A stretch of DNA of 64,000 bases from Macrostomum lignano (Eukaryota), in NCBI GenBank assembly GCA_002269645.1, contig NIVC01003115.1:1-64000 (forward strand), given 5' to 3'. This document shows positions 12,311 through 36,125 of the stretch, piece by piece (positions within the stretch are counted from its first letter, which is position 1; each line of letters begins with the position of its first letter). The position numbers were made by a program, and so were the translations under genes. The notes under the pieces were generated by a model. That model had not been told where the DNA came from, did no database searches, and saw only the letters and a program-made list of their open reading frames with translations.

Positions 12311-14143
12311 ATGAAATTGTTCGGCAAGATAGCCAGACGCTTGAGAAGACTTAGCGGGCATAAATCGCTCGTTGATCTCAGCGTTGACTGCGAACCGCAC
12401 CAGACGTACCTGGTTGCTGATCGCTGGTGCAGCAGTCCAGGAGCCGCACGGGATGGCAGGAAGTTTTCAGACGAAGAGTACACTTACGAGACAATGAGCT
12501 GTGATCTAGACAATGAACAACGACTTGTTCCTGCCAACTCTACAAGTGCAGCCCCTCCGGCCTTTGTGACGAGAGGAGCAGGCGGCACCCGGGATGGCAA
12601 ATGCGGAGTCTACATGCAAGAAAGCGAGCATACATATGATCCGTACTACAATACTTATCCAGTCCCAGCAGGTCAAGCTGTGCACCCCACTGCGAATCTG
12701 GCCAGCAAAAATGACCAGTCAATTTCCGGATTAAAGAATAACGAGCAGCAGCAGCAACAAAGGACAGCAAATAGGGCAATAAGCCGTAAGAACTGATTTT
12801 AATCTACTTGTATTTTCCTCAAACAAGTGCATGTCGAATTATACATGTATAATCAATCTGTAATATTACATGATATTCCAGAGAACAAATCACCGGTTCC
12901 CACCGTTCGACGCAGCCTAATGCCTTTAAGGATACCTCAGCAGCAGCCAAACGCGGAGCCACAACGGCCCCAGTCTGTGCAGCAGCCAAACGCGGAGCCA
13001 CAACGGCCCCAGTCTGTGCAGCAGCCAAACGCGGAGCCACAACGGCCCCAGTCTGTGCAGCAGCCAAACGCGGAGCCACAACGGCCCCAGTCTGTGCAGC
13101 AGCCAAACGCGGAGCCACAACGGCCCCAGTCTGTGCAGCAGCCAAACGCGGAGCCACAACGGCCCCAGTCTGTGCAGCAGCCAAACGCGGAGCCACAACG
13201 GCCCCAGTCTGTGCAGCAGCCAAATGCGGAGCCACAACGGCCCCAGTCTGTGCAGCAGCCAAATGCGGAGCCACAACGGCCCCAGTCTGTGCAGCAGCCA
13301 AATGCGGAGCCACAACGGCCCCAGTCTGTGCAGCAGCCAAATGCGGAGCCACAACGGCCCCAGTCTGTGCAGCAGCCAAATGCGGAGCCACAACGGCCCC
13401 AGTCTGTGCAGCAGCCAAATGCGGAGAAACAGCAGCAGCCAAATGCGGAGAAACAGCAGCAGCCAAATGCGGAGAAACAGCAGCAGCCAAATGCGGAGCA
13501 ACAGCAGCAGCCAACTGTGGAGCAACAGCAGCAGCCAACTGTGGAGCAACAGCAGCAGCCAACAGCGGAGCAACAGCAGCAGCCAACTGTGGAGCAACAG
13601 CAGCAGCCAACTGTGGAGCAACAGCAGCAGCCAACTGTGGAGCAACAGCAGCAGCCAACAGCGGAGCAACAGCAGCAGCCAACTGTGGAGCAACAGCAGC
13701 AGCCAACTGTGGAGCAACAGCAGCAGCCAACTGTGGAGCAACAGCAGCAGCCAACAGCGGAGCAACAGCAGCCTCGTCAGCTCCAGCGAGCAGAAGACGC
13801 TTACCGTCAATCGCATGCCCCTCAACAGTTACAGCAGCCTCCAAAAGCTGCAGTTCGAGCCTCATTGCTCACCACAGCTGCCGCTGAGCGCCAAGCAGCT
13901 GTTAAGCCGCAGTCAGTTGCTGGATCAACCACAGATCAGAGACGACATGCTCGCCAGGAGTTACCCAGCAGCTCGAGACAACGCAGCGGCACGTCAAGGA
14001 CGGTCGTTCCCTATGCGGAAAAGTCCGCTGCTTCACCGCGCAGCATCGGATACGGGCGTAGGCAAAATGGCCCCGTCAACGTCATTGGCAACGGAAATGT
14101 GCTGCGGATTCAAACAGCAGCGCTGTCTGAACTCTTCAACTAA
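12311..14143 (+). CDS. Two-exon Gln/Pro-rich intrinsically disordered repeat protein (~578 aa), unknown function
   Basis: Exon 1 12311-12785 (phase 1 donor CC|GTAAGA), 96-bp intron, exon 2 12882-14143 (TTCCAG| acceptor, phase matches). Contains 12 x QQPNAEPQRPQSV (39 bp) then ~14 x 8-aa units (E-K/Q-QQQP-NA/TV/TA, 24 bp), with unique N- and C-termini in frame. Confidence 0.7.
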
Positions 14144-14734
14144 ACTTGCTGATATTTCTAATCAATGCATGAATTTCCACCAAAATCTATAAGAAGCTTC
14201 CCAAATTGACTGATCGAGCGACGCGAACATGCAGTGCAACTTTTCTATAAAGTGCACTCGAGACGAGATAATGACTTTCGTAGTATCGAATTGGACGAAA
14301 TTATATTGATGTAGATGTACCACACATATTAATGTACACTTTGAGCTACATGTAATTAATAAACAATATACACTCGTGAGCACAGTGTGGCGAAAAAGGA
14401 TCTTTTATATGCTCACGCACATTCGGTTTATCTAAAATGATGATATGATGCTAACCTGCATGCGTTCTTAATGACTGCATGCCTAATTTGACGTCAGGGC
14501 ATGTATAAAAGTAGTACAGATTAGCCACAGAAGTAAGTCGCTTGCTTTTGGATATATTATTGCGCCGGATAATACGTGTGCGATCTAATTTTGCTGCTTT
14601 CAAAGCCACATCTCAGATATGCGTATTTGTCGTCCAAGACAATAGCTCCTACATATATGTAGGTTTTAGATTTCAGATAGATTATAGATGTTAAAATACT
14701 AAATGCATACAACAACAACAGAATACGCGTTCTG

Positions 14735-14995
14735 ACCTATCGACCAGAGCAGGATGTCGCCATCGATGAGACGCTGATTCTGAACAAGGGGAGACTTCTG
14801 CTGAAGCAGTATATTCCAAGCAAGAAGGCAAAGTACGGCATCAAACTGTATTGTCTGACTGAGTCCGCGACGGGATACCTGTGGAATTTCCTGCTGCATT
14901 CCGTTGAGGCCGAACACGCAACCTTCGGTGCCGGTCTCCAATGCGATGAGCGAACGAGTCGTTGTTGAGCTTAGCCGCGAACTGCTGGGTGAAGG
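14735..14995 (+). mobile_element. piggyBac (DDE_Tnp_1_7-type) transposase fragment
   Basis: Translates as TYRPEQDVAIDETLILNKGRLLLKQYIPSKKAKYGIKLYCLTESATGYLWNF ... (frameshift) MSERVVVELSRELLGEG, the piggyBac segment around the first catalytic Asp. Truncated on both sides. Confidence 0.9.
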
Positions 14996-15738
14996 TGTAG
15001 AGATCTCTAAACATAGTAGCCTACTAAAAGTAGCAAGATAAAAACATGAATACTATTTAAAACTAACATGCGTCATACTCTATTTTCAGTAATACATGCG
15101 ATATCACATAAACAGCGAGTGATCATTACATAGTCCAAAAAACCGGTTTTCAACCTATATTTCCAAATACGGTAAATGTCAAGTTAAATGCGATCTAGGC
15201 TTCACCCCTTTCTATGTAAAACCCCACCGGTCAAGAGACAAAGTCCATCTTTTGATTCTTATCAATAAAACCAGTTTGAAGCTCAAGGTCGAATGAAATC
15301 GTGTATAAATACAAGCGAAAATCCGAGCTGAAACCTCAGACTCGGAGCAGCCTTAAGAGATCTTAGGCTTAGCCAGAGCTACTAAGCAAGGCTATATCTC
15401 TGAGAGAGAGACAAACACCAATTGGTAAGCCTTTGTTAGAGTCTTTGTATTAGAGTCTTTGTATTAGAGTCTTTGTTATTCGATTATTGAGAGCTGTGTC
15501 ATTGCCGGCCGTTACTGATAAGTCGATTTATTGAGTTTAAGGCCTCCCTATTCCTAAGGGATTGGATAGGATCTGCGGACCGATTCCGATACTCTTAGTC
15601 GATTACTGATTGATTGACTTTGGTACCCTAGAGTAACCGATAGCTGAGCACACGACTCCGATTCCATTATTTCTAGAAGACGCCCTTTCGGAGGACCTCG
15701 TTATTGTTATAGAGCTGACTTTGTTATTAGGGCGCATC

Positions 15739-15933
15739 TCTGCACTCGAGGAATATATTGATTTCTGCACTCGAGGAATATATTGGTTTCTGCACTCGAG
15801 GAATATATTGATTTCTGCACTCGAGGAATATATTGGTTTCTGCACTCGAGGAATATATTGATTTCTGCACTCGAGGAATATATTGATTTCTGCACCCGAC
15901 GAATATATTGATTTCTGCACTCGAGGAATATTT
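15739..15933. repeat. 25-bp tandem repeat (TGCACTCGAGGAATATATTGATTTC), ~8 copies
   Basis: Direct tandem copies seen in the sequence. Confidence 0.9.
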
Positions 15934-16934
15934 TGACGTCGATGAACTAAGTTATTAAGCTCTCATATTCGGCCGATTCTAGAATTCGAGAAGACTACTC
16001 CGGAGGAAGAAGATTTGAAGAGACGAGCTCGGAGAACCTACCCAACAAAGAAGAGGAGCCCGCATCAGTAAGTGAACACTGAACTTTGTTCCCAGGCTTG
16101 AGGTCTGGAAATGCAGGGAGTTCGTGCGTTTAGACACTAGATTAATTTCTCTCTCTCTTCTCTTTCTCTCTCTCTCTTTCCCTCTCTCTCTAGTGTGCTA
16201 AAAAGCGAACTCTTCAAAGGGTACCACATATACACGGATAGTTGGTTTACGTCACACAGATACTGGGCACTTGATTTAGTGATTGGGAGATATGGTTTTT
16301 GATGCCATAGACATTTTTCGATCCTGGGCTTTTGGGCCGTTTCGGTATGGCCTGCGGTGCAGGCCTTTGGCTTCCAAATGGTCAAGTGACAGCTTTGAAT
16401 CGTCAACTTAGTTGGAGAGCATTCAAGAGAAGCACTTTTTAGTGCGAACTTTAACTTACTGCAAGCTCTCGCATTCGAAGGAATCTGCGAAGCCACCAGC
16501 AGACGTTATTAAACTTTTTTCAGTTGCATATTTTCGTCTCTCAGTTCCAAGAAATGCGATCATTTCGCCAATTCCAGGGGCGGATTCCGGGGGGGGGGCA
16601 GATTCCGGGGGGCGGATTTCGGGGGTGGATTCCGAGGGCGGATTCCAGGGGCGGGGGCGGATTTTGGGGGGGCGAAGGCCCAAAGAGGGGCGAAGCAGGG
16701 ACGGGCCTGTACATAAGCAAAAATTCCCTTGGCCCGCTGTCATTCTTCCAGCAGATCTCCCTGCTTCTGTTATCTCTTCTGGCTCTTCAACATTGTCTGC
16801 TGATGGAACGCCATGAGATAATTTTACCAACAAAGTTAAAATTTCTTTTCAATGCTAGAAAAGCTGCTAAGGCCAAAGCACAGATATTAAATACATGTAT
16901 CTATAGTGTCCACTCGCGCAAGACAGAGCTGTGA

Positions 16935-17380
16935 TGCGCGCACGTGGGCACTGACACCGCTCCGGCACTTGCGCTGTCTAACGGAGACGCCATATCGCCG
17001 TGTGCGAGGACTTCCGGTACTTCGGATCGCCAGCAACGAGCCCGGAGTCCATCGTCTCCGACGGGAGGAATCAGGTCTGGCACTTGCTCAGGAACGTCTT
17101 CAACTCAGCTGCGAGGGACGGCCTCCGTGGAGCTGATCCTTCTGTACGGCATGGAAGCGGTGCCGATGAACCACACCGAGAGCGAGCCCTAGACGCGCTC
17201 TACAGGTCCCTGCTGCGCTACGCCCTGGGCGTGCACTTTTGCGCCGGCGCCGCCAGATGCTGCTGGGCCGGCCACTGCCTCCGCGGAGTCACGGCCGCGG
17301 CGACCAAGTCCCGTAGGCGCTGGTCCTCCTGCACCAGCCGACGGAGCGGAAGCGCCATGGTCAGATGTGACGCTGACTGA
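16935..17380 (+). mobile_element. RTE-like non-LTR retrotransposon RT C-terminal remnant
   Basis: Across frameshifts: CEDFRYFGS ... VELILLYGMEA ... ERALDALYRSLLRYALGVHF ... RRRQML-AGHCLR, matching the LINE FKYLGS / LLYGxETW / RRLRxAGH pattern. Confidence 0.8.
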
Positions 17381-17949
17381 CTGTTTTTTGGCTGACTTGC
17401 AGGTTTTGGGCATAGATACTATATAACTAGATAGGTCACTCCCTATCTCGCTGTGGGGACCAAAAACGATATGACTCTTAGGACGGTAGTGTAAATGCAA
17501 ATTATAAGAAACATTCTTATCAGTGACTAAAATGAAATCGATCGGAAACCATATGCACAATCTGCTATAGTGTACATTATTGACTTTAAGCTAGACTTTC
17601 GCTAACCTAAGTTTCCAGTAAACGCTTTCCTTTTCAACCCTATTCAGCCTATAGCAGTGTGAAGGGGGGAGGGGGTGAAGGGGTGGAGGCCGAGGGCTGT
17701 ACAAGCCATCTAGCTAAGCAGAGATTTTTGCGCTGGCTTATCTTAGTAAAAGCCAACCGAAGCCGCACTGAGGGGAGGATGGGAGGGTGGTGAAAGGGTT
17801 AAGGGCTGTGCAAGCCATAATGTACGCACTATGTGGTCTTTGAACCAAATCTCAATATAAGCCTAGCAGCCCAGCGTACTTTGCCTTTGTTGCCTTTGCT
17901 GGCGATACCAGAACTCCAGTGTGAATGCACTGATTCCCGGCAGCGGCAG

Positions 17950-18655
17950 ATGACACGATGGCTACTCGATGGAAAGGATTTCTGGAGCTGGATGTATAGC
18001 TTACAGCAATTTGAAAGTCCGGAGTGCATATTTCGACGATTCAGCTTACAGCCCCGCATTGCGGCTTGTCGCACGAGGCATCTACTCGACCTGACGCAAA
18101 CGCGGCTGCAGTGTGCAGGCACTGATCGCTGAAGATCCACAATCAACGGTGCAACAGTTAGCCACTGCTGTCGGCATTTCATCGGGAAATATGTCGAGCA
18201 TTCTGCACGAAAATCTCGGGCTGAGCAAGGTGTCTGCTCGCTGGGTGCCTCATTGCCTGACTGGGGCGCAAAAACAAGCTCGAGCCAATTAGTGCCGAGC
18301 CCAGCTGGACAGATTTGACGAAGGCAGGTCAACAAGCACCTCGGAGGTCATCAGTGAAGACGAGACTTGGGTGTACAGCTTCGACCCCGAAAATAAGCTG
18401 CAGTCGTCGCAATGGGTCCCTGTAGGAAGCAGCCCGCCTTCAAAATAGGTCCAGTCACGAAGCGTCGCCAAGCAGATGGTGGCCATTTTCGTGGCTCGTA
18501 GTAGCGGTCCAGTGGCAGTTATTGTGACTGCCAACTGGTATGTGACGGTGTTTCTTCCTCAAGTGCTGCAAGCTGTTGCTGAAAGACGCCCTAAGACACG
18601 ACATCGGGGGCTGCTACTTCACCAGGACAACGCCCGGGCCCACACAGACACAGCG
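17950..18655 (+). mobile_element. Tc1/mariner (mariner family) transposase pseudogene
   Basis: LIAEDPQSTVQQLATAVGISSGNMSSILHENLGLSKVSARWVPHCL (HTH + WVPHxL), SEDETWVYSFDPENKLQSSQW (first Asp) and LLLHQDNARAHT (second Asp). Has stops and frameshifts; third Asp absent. Confidence 0.92.
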
Positions 18656-19080
18656 TGAATGCGTGAAAGCATAATAATTTAATACAATATTGCTAAAATA
18701 ATGAAAAATAAATTGATTTAGAAATAAAACGAATAGTGTGCTTATACTTACTTACTTGTTATGTACGAGCGCATCAGCCCCTATTGTGCTTATACATAAC
18801 AAGTTTCTTGCTTTTAAAAACTATTTTACGGAAGTTTGCAAAATTGATTTCTTATTTTGGCTATTTTTCACTACTGATGGCTGGTCCTAAGAGTAGTGTG
18901 AGAGTAAATTAACTGAGTGACCTATCTAGTTATATAGTATCTATATATAGTTATATAGTATCTGTGGTTTTGCGTGTATCCATCTATCTATCCACAGTAT
19001 TTAGTATCTGTGGGCCTAAGTGATATCTTATTTTGTTGCTGTTGCACAATTCGCTCGTATATTATAAGAGCAATTCTCAC

Positions 19081-19395
19081 CATCAGGAATGGTAGTCGGC
19101 AGAATCGGACAGAAAAATGGCAGCAAGTTGGTCAGGCAGATGGTCACGGTCGGGAACTGAAAGTCGGCGCCCTCGTTGGAGAAATCGGTGCTCACCGGGT
19201 AGCCCAGGTACTGCTGCGCCAACTCAGCCAAATGCAGAGACAACCCGGTGCTGCAGGCTCCCACGATGGCCAGACCCCAGATGAGGCGGCGGAGGCTGGA
19301 GCTCTGCGTGAGTCGCACTATACCGTGAGCCGTTGTCTGCTGGGCAAAGGAGATCAGCGCCTTCTCGCGGCTGCACAGCTGCCTGAGTTTTCCAT
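19081..19395 (-). pseudogene. DEG/ENaC (amiloride-sensitive channel family) first exon; frameshifted and apparently orphan
   Basis: SFAQQTTAHGIVRL (pre-TM1 HG motif), RRLIWGLAIVG...(TM1), QYLGYPVST, FPTVTICLTN; donor GATG|GTGAGA at 19081/19080. ATG at 19395 is one base out of frame at an A4 run. No further ENaC exons recognised downstream in the window. Confidence 0.75.
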
Positions 19396-19854
19396 TTTAG
19401 CGAAGATGACTGGAGGGGAGTGCTGGCTTGAGTTCCAATAATAGCTGCTTGACAGCGCAGCACTAATCAGCTCAGCTCAACCCCCATTTATTACCTGTCT
19501 AGTTGCTGTAGGGATGGCAGGCCCGCGGTAGCTCCGCAAGTACTGGAGTTTTAATCGGCGACCTCGTTAAAAAACTTTGCTACCCCATAAGTCGTTGGCT
19601 TCCACCCCTTCAATCTTTATGACAGATCACTATAGACAGTGTCGCACCGCAATTCATCTCTGTCAGTGATTTCTCGCCCTGGCAATTAATTAAAAAAAAC
19701 TACGAGTTTGACTTTTTGGAATTTGTTAAAGCCCGCTTTGATACCATTCTGCTTTTATAACTACGGGGGTATTAGAGAAAAGAATAAAAAATGACAAGAG
19801 ACGCCAGATAAGGGTGTAAGAGTACTTACTGAAGGGTGCCACATAAAAATATGA

Positions 19855-20258
19855 GTGCTACTCTAAACTGGGTGTCAGATACTCTAAACTGGGTGTCAGA
19901 TACTCTAAACTGGGTGTCAGATACTCTAAACTGGGTGTCAGATACTCTAAACTGGGTGTCAGATACTCTAAACTGGGTGTCAGATACTCTAAACTGGATG
20001 TCAGATACTCTAAACTGGGTGTCAGATACTCTAAACTGGGTGTCAGATACTCTAAACTGTGTGTCAGATACTCTAAACTGGGCGTCAGATACTCTAAACT
20101 GGGTGTCAGATACTCTAAACTGGGTGTCAGATACTCTAAACTGGGTGTCAGATACTCTAAACTGGGTGTCAGATACTCTAAACTGGGTGTCAGATACTCT
20201 AAACTGGGTGTCAGATACTCTAAACTGGGTGTCAGATACTCTAAACTGGGCGTCAGAT
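19855..20258. repeat. 21-bp minisatellite (GATACTCTAAACTGGGTGTCA), ~19 copies
   Basis: Near-perfect tandem repeat; it explains ORFs 19836..20282 and 19858..20277. Confidence 0.95.
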
Positions 20259-20289
20259 TACCAAATACAAACAACAAATTAGGCGGTCA

Positions 20290-20835
20290 GTGTCACAGGG
20301 CGCACCTCAAGGCCAGGTCGCGAATGAACGCCACACGCCGCCGGCCGAATCCGGGGCGTCGGCGTCAGCCAGCAGGCAGTCGACGAAACTCCGAGTGCGC
20401 ACCAGCCTCCACCGCGGTAGGGTGCCTGCAGGGTCAGCAGCAGCACCTCCCTGTACCGGCTGTGGGCAGTACGACTCGGCGCAGATCATGATGTGTCCTG
20501 CCATCTGGAGTCGCCGACGGCGCAACAGGTCAGGCCGGCGCGGTGATACGAAGCCGCATTGGTCACTCGCTGGTAGCAAGGGATCTTGAAGACGGCGCGC
20601 CGCAGACCAGCATGCGCCGCGTCAGCTTGTTGCTCGAGCGACTCCGTCAGCGTACAGGTCTCGGCGTTGTACAACAGGACGGTCTCGATCGACCATGCAC
20701 CGCCTGGAACAACACCGCCCCTCTGGCATGTCGGGTAGGGCCTCGGACTGCAGGACTGCCCTCACAGAACGAAAGGCAGCCAAGGCAAGCCCGCGACGAC
20801 GCCGAAAATTCTGGCGGACGCCGAGAACCAGACCG
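20290..20835 (-). mobile_element. RTE-like non-LTR retrotransposon remnant
   Basis: Across frameshifts: AVLFQAV-IETVLLYNAETCTLTESLEQQADAAHAG...RVTN...LLRRRRLQMAGHI, the LINE RT thumb / C-terminal region. Confidence 0.85.
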
Positions 20836-22611
20836 CATGCATGCAGTCCCATACTGTATGCACATGTAACATGTAATACTACAGTAAGTAATTTTTACTA
20901 AAAGATGTGTATGTAGGAAAGAAGCCAAAGATGACTTGCAGAAGTAAATTTACAAGTACATGCATGTGATATGTGAATGAGAGTTACATATTGTCGTTCT
21001 TAAAAGTTAGAGAAGTATATTAAGTTTTATATTTCCTTAGCTGCTGCGTACAATAACAAGGACAATTTATTGGGCGTTTACTATTATCCTTTTTCTTATC
21101 CCCCTTATAAGTAGTTCTATTATTAATTTAAAACGTACATGTACATATACGCAAACAAATACATTTTTATAGAGTACGCTCGTACATGTATGTATCCAGT
21201 CAGCTGCACATGTCGTATAAAAATTACATGTCGTATAAAAATTACGATTTTAAGACCAAGGCTTTAATTAAGAGTTGAGATTCAATTAAATTAATATAAC
21301 TTGAAAAACTATCTTACGAGACGTACATAAGAACTTATGTAGTTGTTTTCTGTATGTTCATAATTAGCTTTTCTTTTCAGTTAAACATGTATTTGCGGTT
21401 TTTTAACATTAAAACAAGTTCTGCGCAAAATAGTTTTAGAGGCGGTTTTATCTTAAAGGTAATTTTTAATTCATCTTGAAAATGTTTATAAGCAAGTTTG
21501 AAGTTCAAAGCAACGACTATTTTTACTATTATATCTGGCATAGTCTGTTTTTTAACGTTTTTAACTTATCCCTTTTATTAGTAAAAATTCACGGTTTCGT
21601 GGCGCAAACGTTAGCAAAGCAAGATTATCTGTACTCTTTAAATGTATTTGGTATGTTGTGCATGAGTATTGAAGACTAAAATTTCGTAAATATTAAGTCA
21701 AATCAATCAACTTCTTCAACTAAGCCAAATTTAAGTCAAAGTAAAAAATAATAAATATTAAGTACAAATTTGTACATTTTAGGTTTTACCGGTGAGGTGA
21801 TGAGCGTTTTTAATTTACCTTATTGATAAGATACGACGCGTACTTATGAACTCGCCATACTATCTCGGAGTCATTGATCAGTGGAACCGACGACATATGT
21901 ATCGTAAACATATTTTTTTATAATTATAATATTGATATTGTTTTATTCATGCTACATAGCTCTATCTAGTCTCTGCTTCAAAATATACAGCATAAATATT
22001 TTCCAATCTCTTAATTTTACTGCAGCCTAGCTATAATCACAGTAAAAGAATAACCCTTTTCTTTCTGCCTTGTATGAATCTCAAACAATCAAGCTTTTTA
22101 AATGCTTTTTAGTATTATTTTTAAAAATTCATAGGTTTATTTGTTTTAAATTGCATTGTATCAAGATTGCAGATTTACTTGTATAAAAAGAATCACTTCT
22201 AATTAAAGCAAAATTTATACATAGATGTATTTATATATTATGTTTAATTTCTAAATAGCATTTGAAATGAACCACATTATACTTAGAAAAATTTTATAAA
22301 CTGGTTAATATTAATACCTACATTTTCAACTATTGGGAAAAGTATATATACTAGCTTATGTAAATATCTTCTTCATAGGCCCTATTTCAATGAATTTCAG
22401 TTAACTATATTAAGTATTTTGATATTTCTGACTGGATGATTTTTGCATTCTGTTAAATATTTAACTATAAAAAAATGGAGCAATCAATTAATAATATTTT
22501 GTTTAACAAGCATTCAAACTGCTATAAAACAGGCATTAGGTGAAACACAGTTCAATTAAAATTTGCCATTTGAAAAGACGCTTGAGTCGCTCCCGCAACT
22601 TCAGCCCGCAC

Positions 22612-35434
<12,823 letters not shown>

Positions 35435-36125
35435 TGCGGTTCTTTTCTATCAAACAACTTTCTCGGAAATTGAAACTTAAATAAAAAAACTAACACATAA
35501 TTACTTTAATATGCTGTCAGGTTTCTTAAAGTACTCGTAAAAGTCGAAGAATTACCACATGGAAGATTTTAAGACTCATACAGAGAGGCAACAGCTGTGA
35601 TAAGTTTTTAACAATAAATAAACTCTGTAATCCTAAAGCATGTATTTACTTTTCTCTCACCTGTAAAATATTTTAATTTAGATTCTTTGATTTTTAGATG
35701 TAGAGTTTACTTTGTGTATTGATTATCAATATATATTTAACCGTTGAATATACGACCTGTCACTCATATTTGAACGGTGCGAGTACTTAACTAAACTGAG
35801 CTTGTTTTTAATTCGAAGTTGACAAGAATGACAAAGTGGATGGCTGAGCTGACAAAGTGGATGACTGAGCTGACAGAGGTCAGTAAATGTTACGAAAACC
35901 TATTTAAAAGTCTGATTCACAATGAGTGAAAAATTGTGACTTGAGCAGCGTGCCAGCGTGTCAGTAACGAGTTTTGAAATTTGCAGCAAACTTCTTGAGG
36001 TTAAATATTGCCTCGAAAAAAGTTACGTAATACGTTTTGTTTATTATAGTCTGGGTTTAAAAGCATAAGTCCGCCAGTCAGATTGGCCAAGGAAGTTTAA
36101 TTTTGATTTGAGCTCGCTAACTGCA

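Noticed and set aside
12819-14192. Overlapping ORFs (poly-AVAPQL, LLLLH and SSSQ frames)
   Set aside because: Alternative-frame shadows of the Q/P-repeat gene; only the 12882-14143 frame splices in phase to exon 1.
15170-15700. Solo LTR
   Set aside because: TATA- and AATAAA-like words are present, but no second LTR, PBS or TSD could be identified by eye.
16137-16496. piggyBac C-terminal Cys-rich domain in the minus-strand ORF
   Set aside because: Only vague C/H spacing, key cysteines are missing, and it is on the opposite strand to the DDE fragment.
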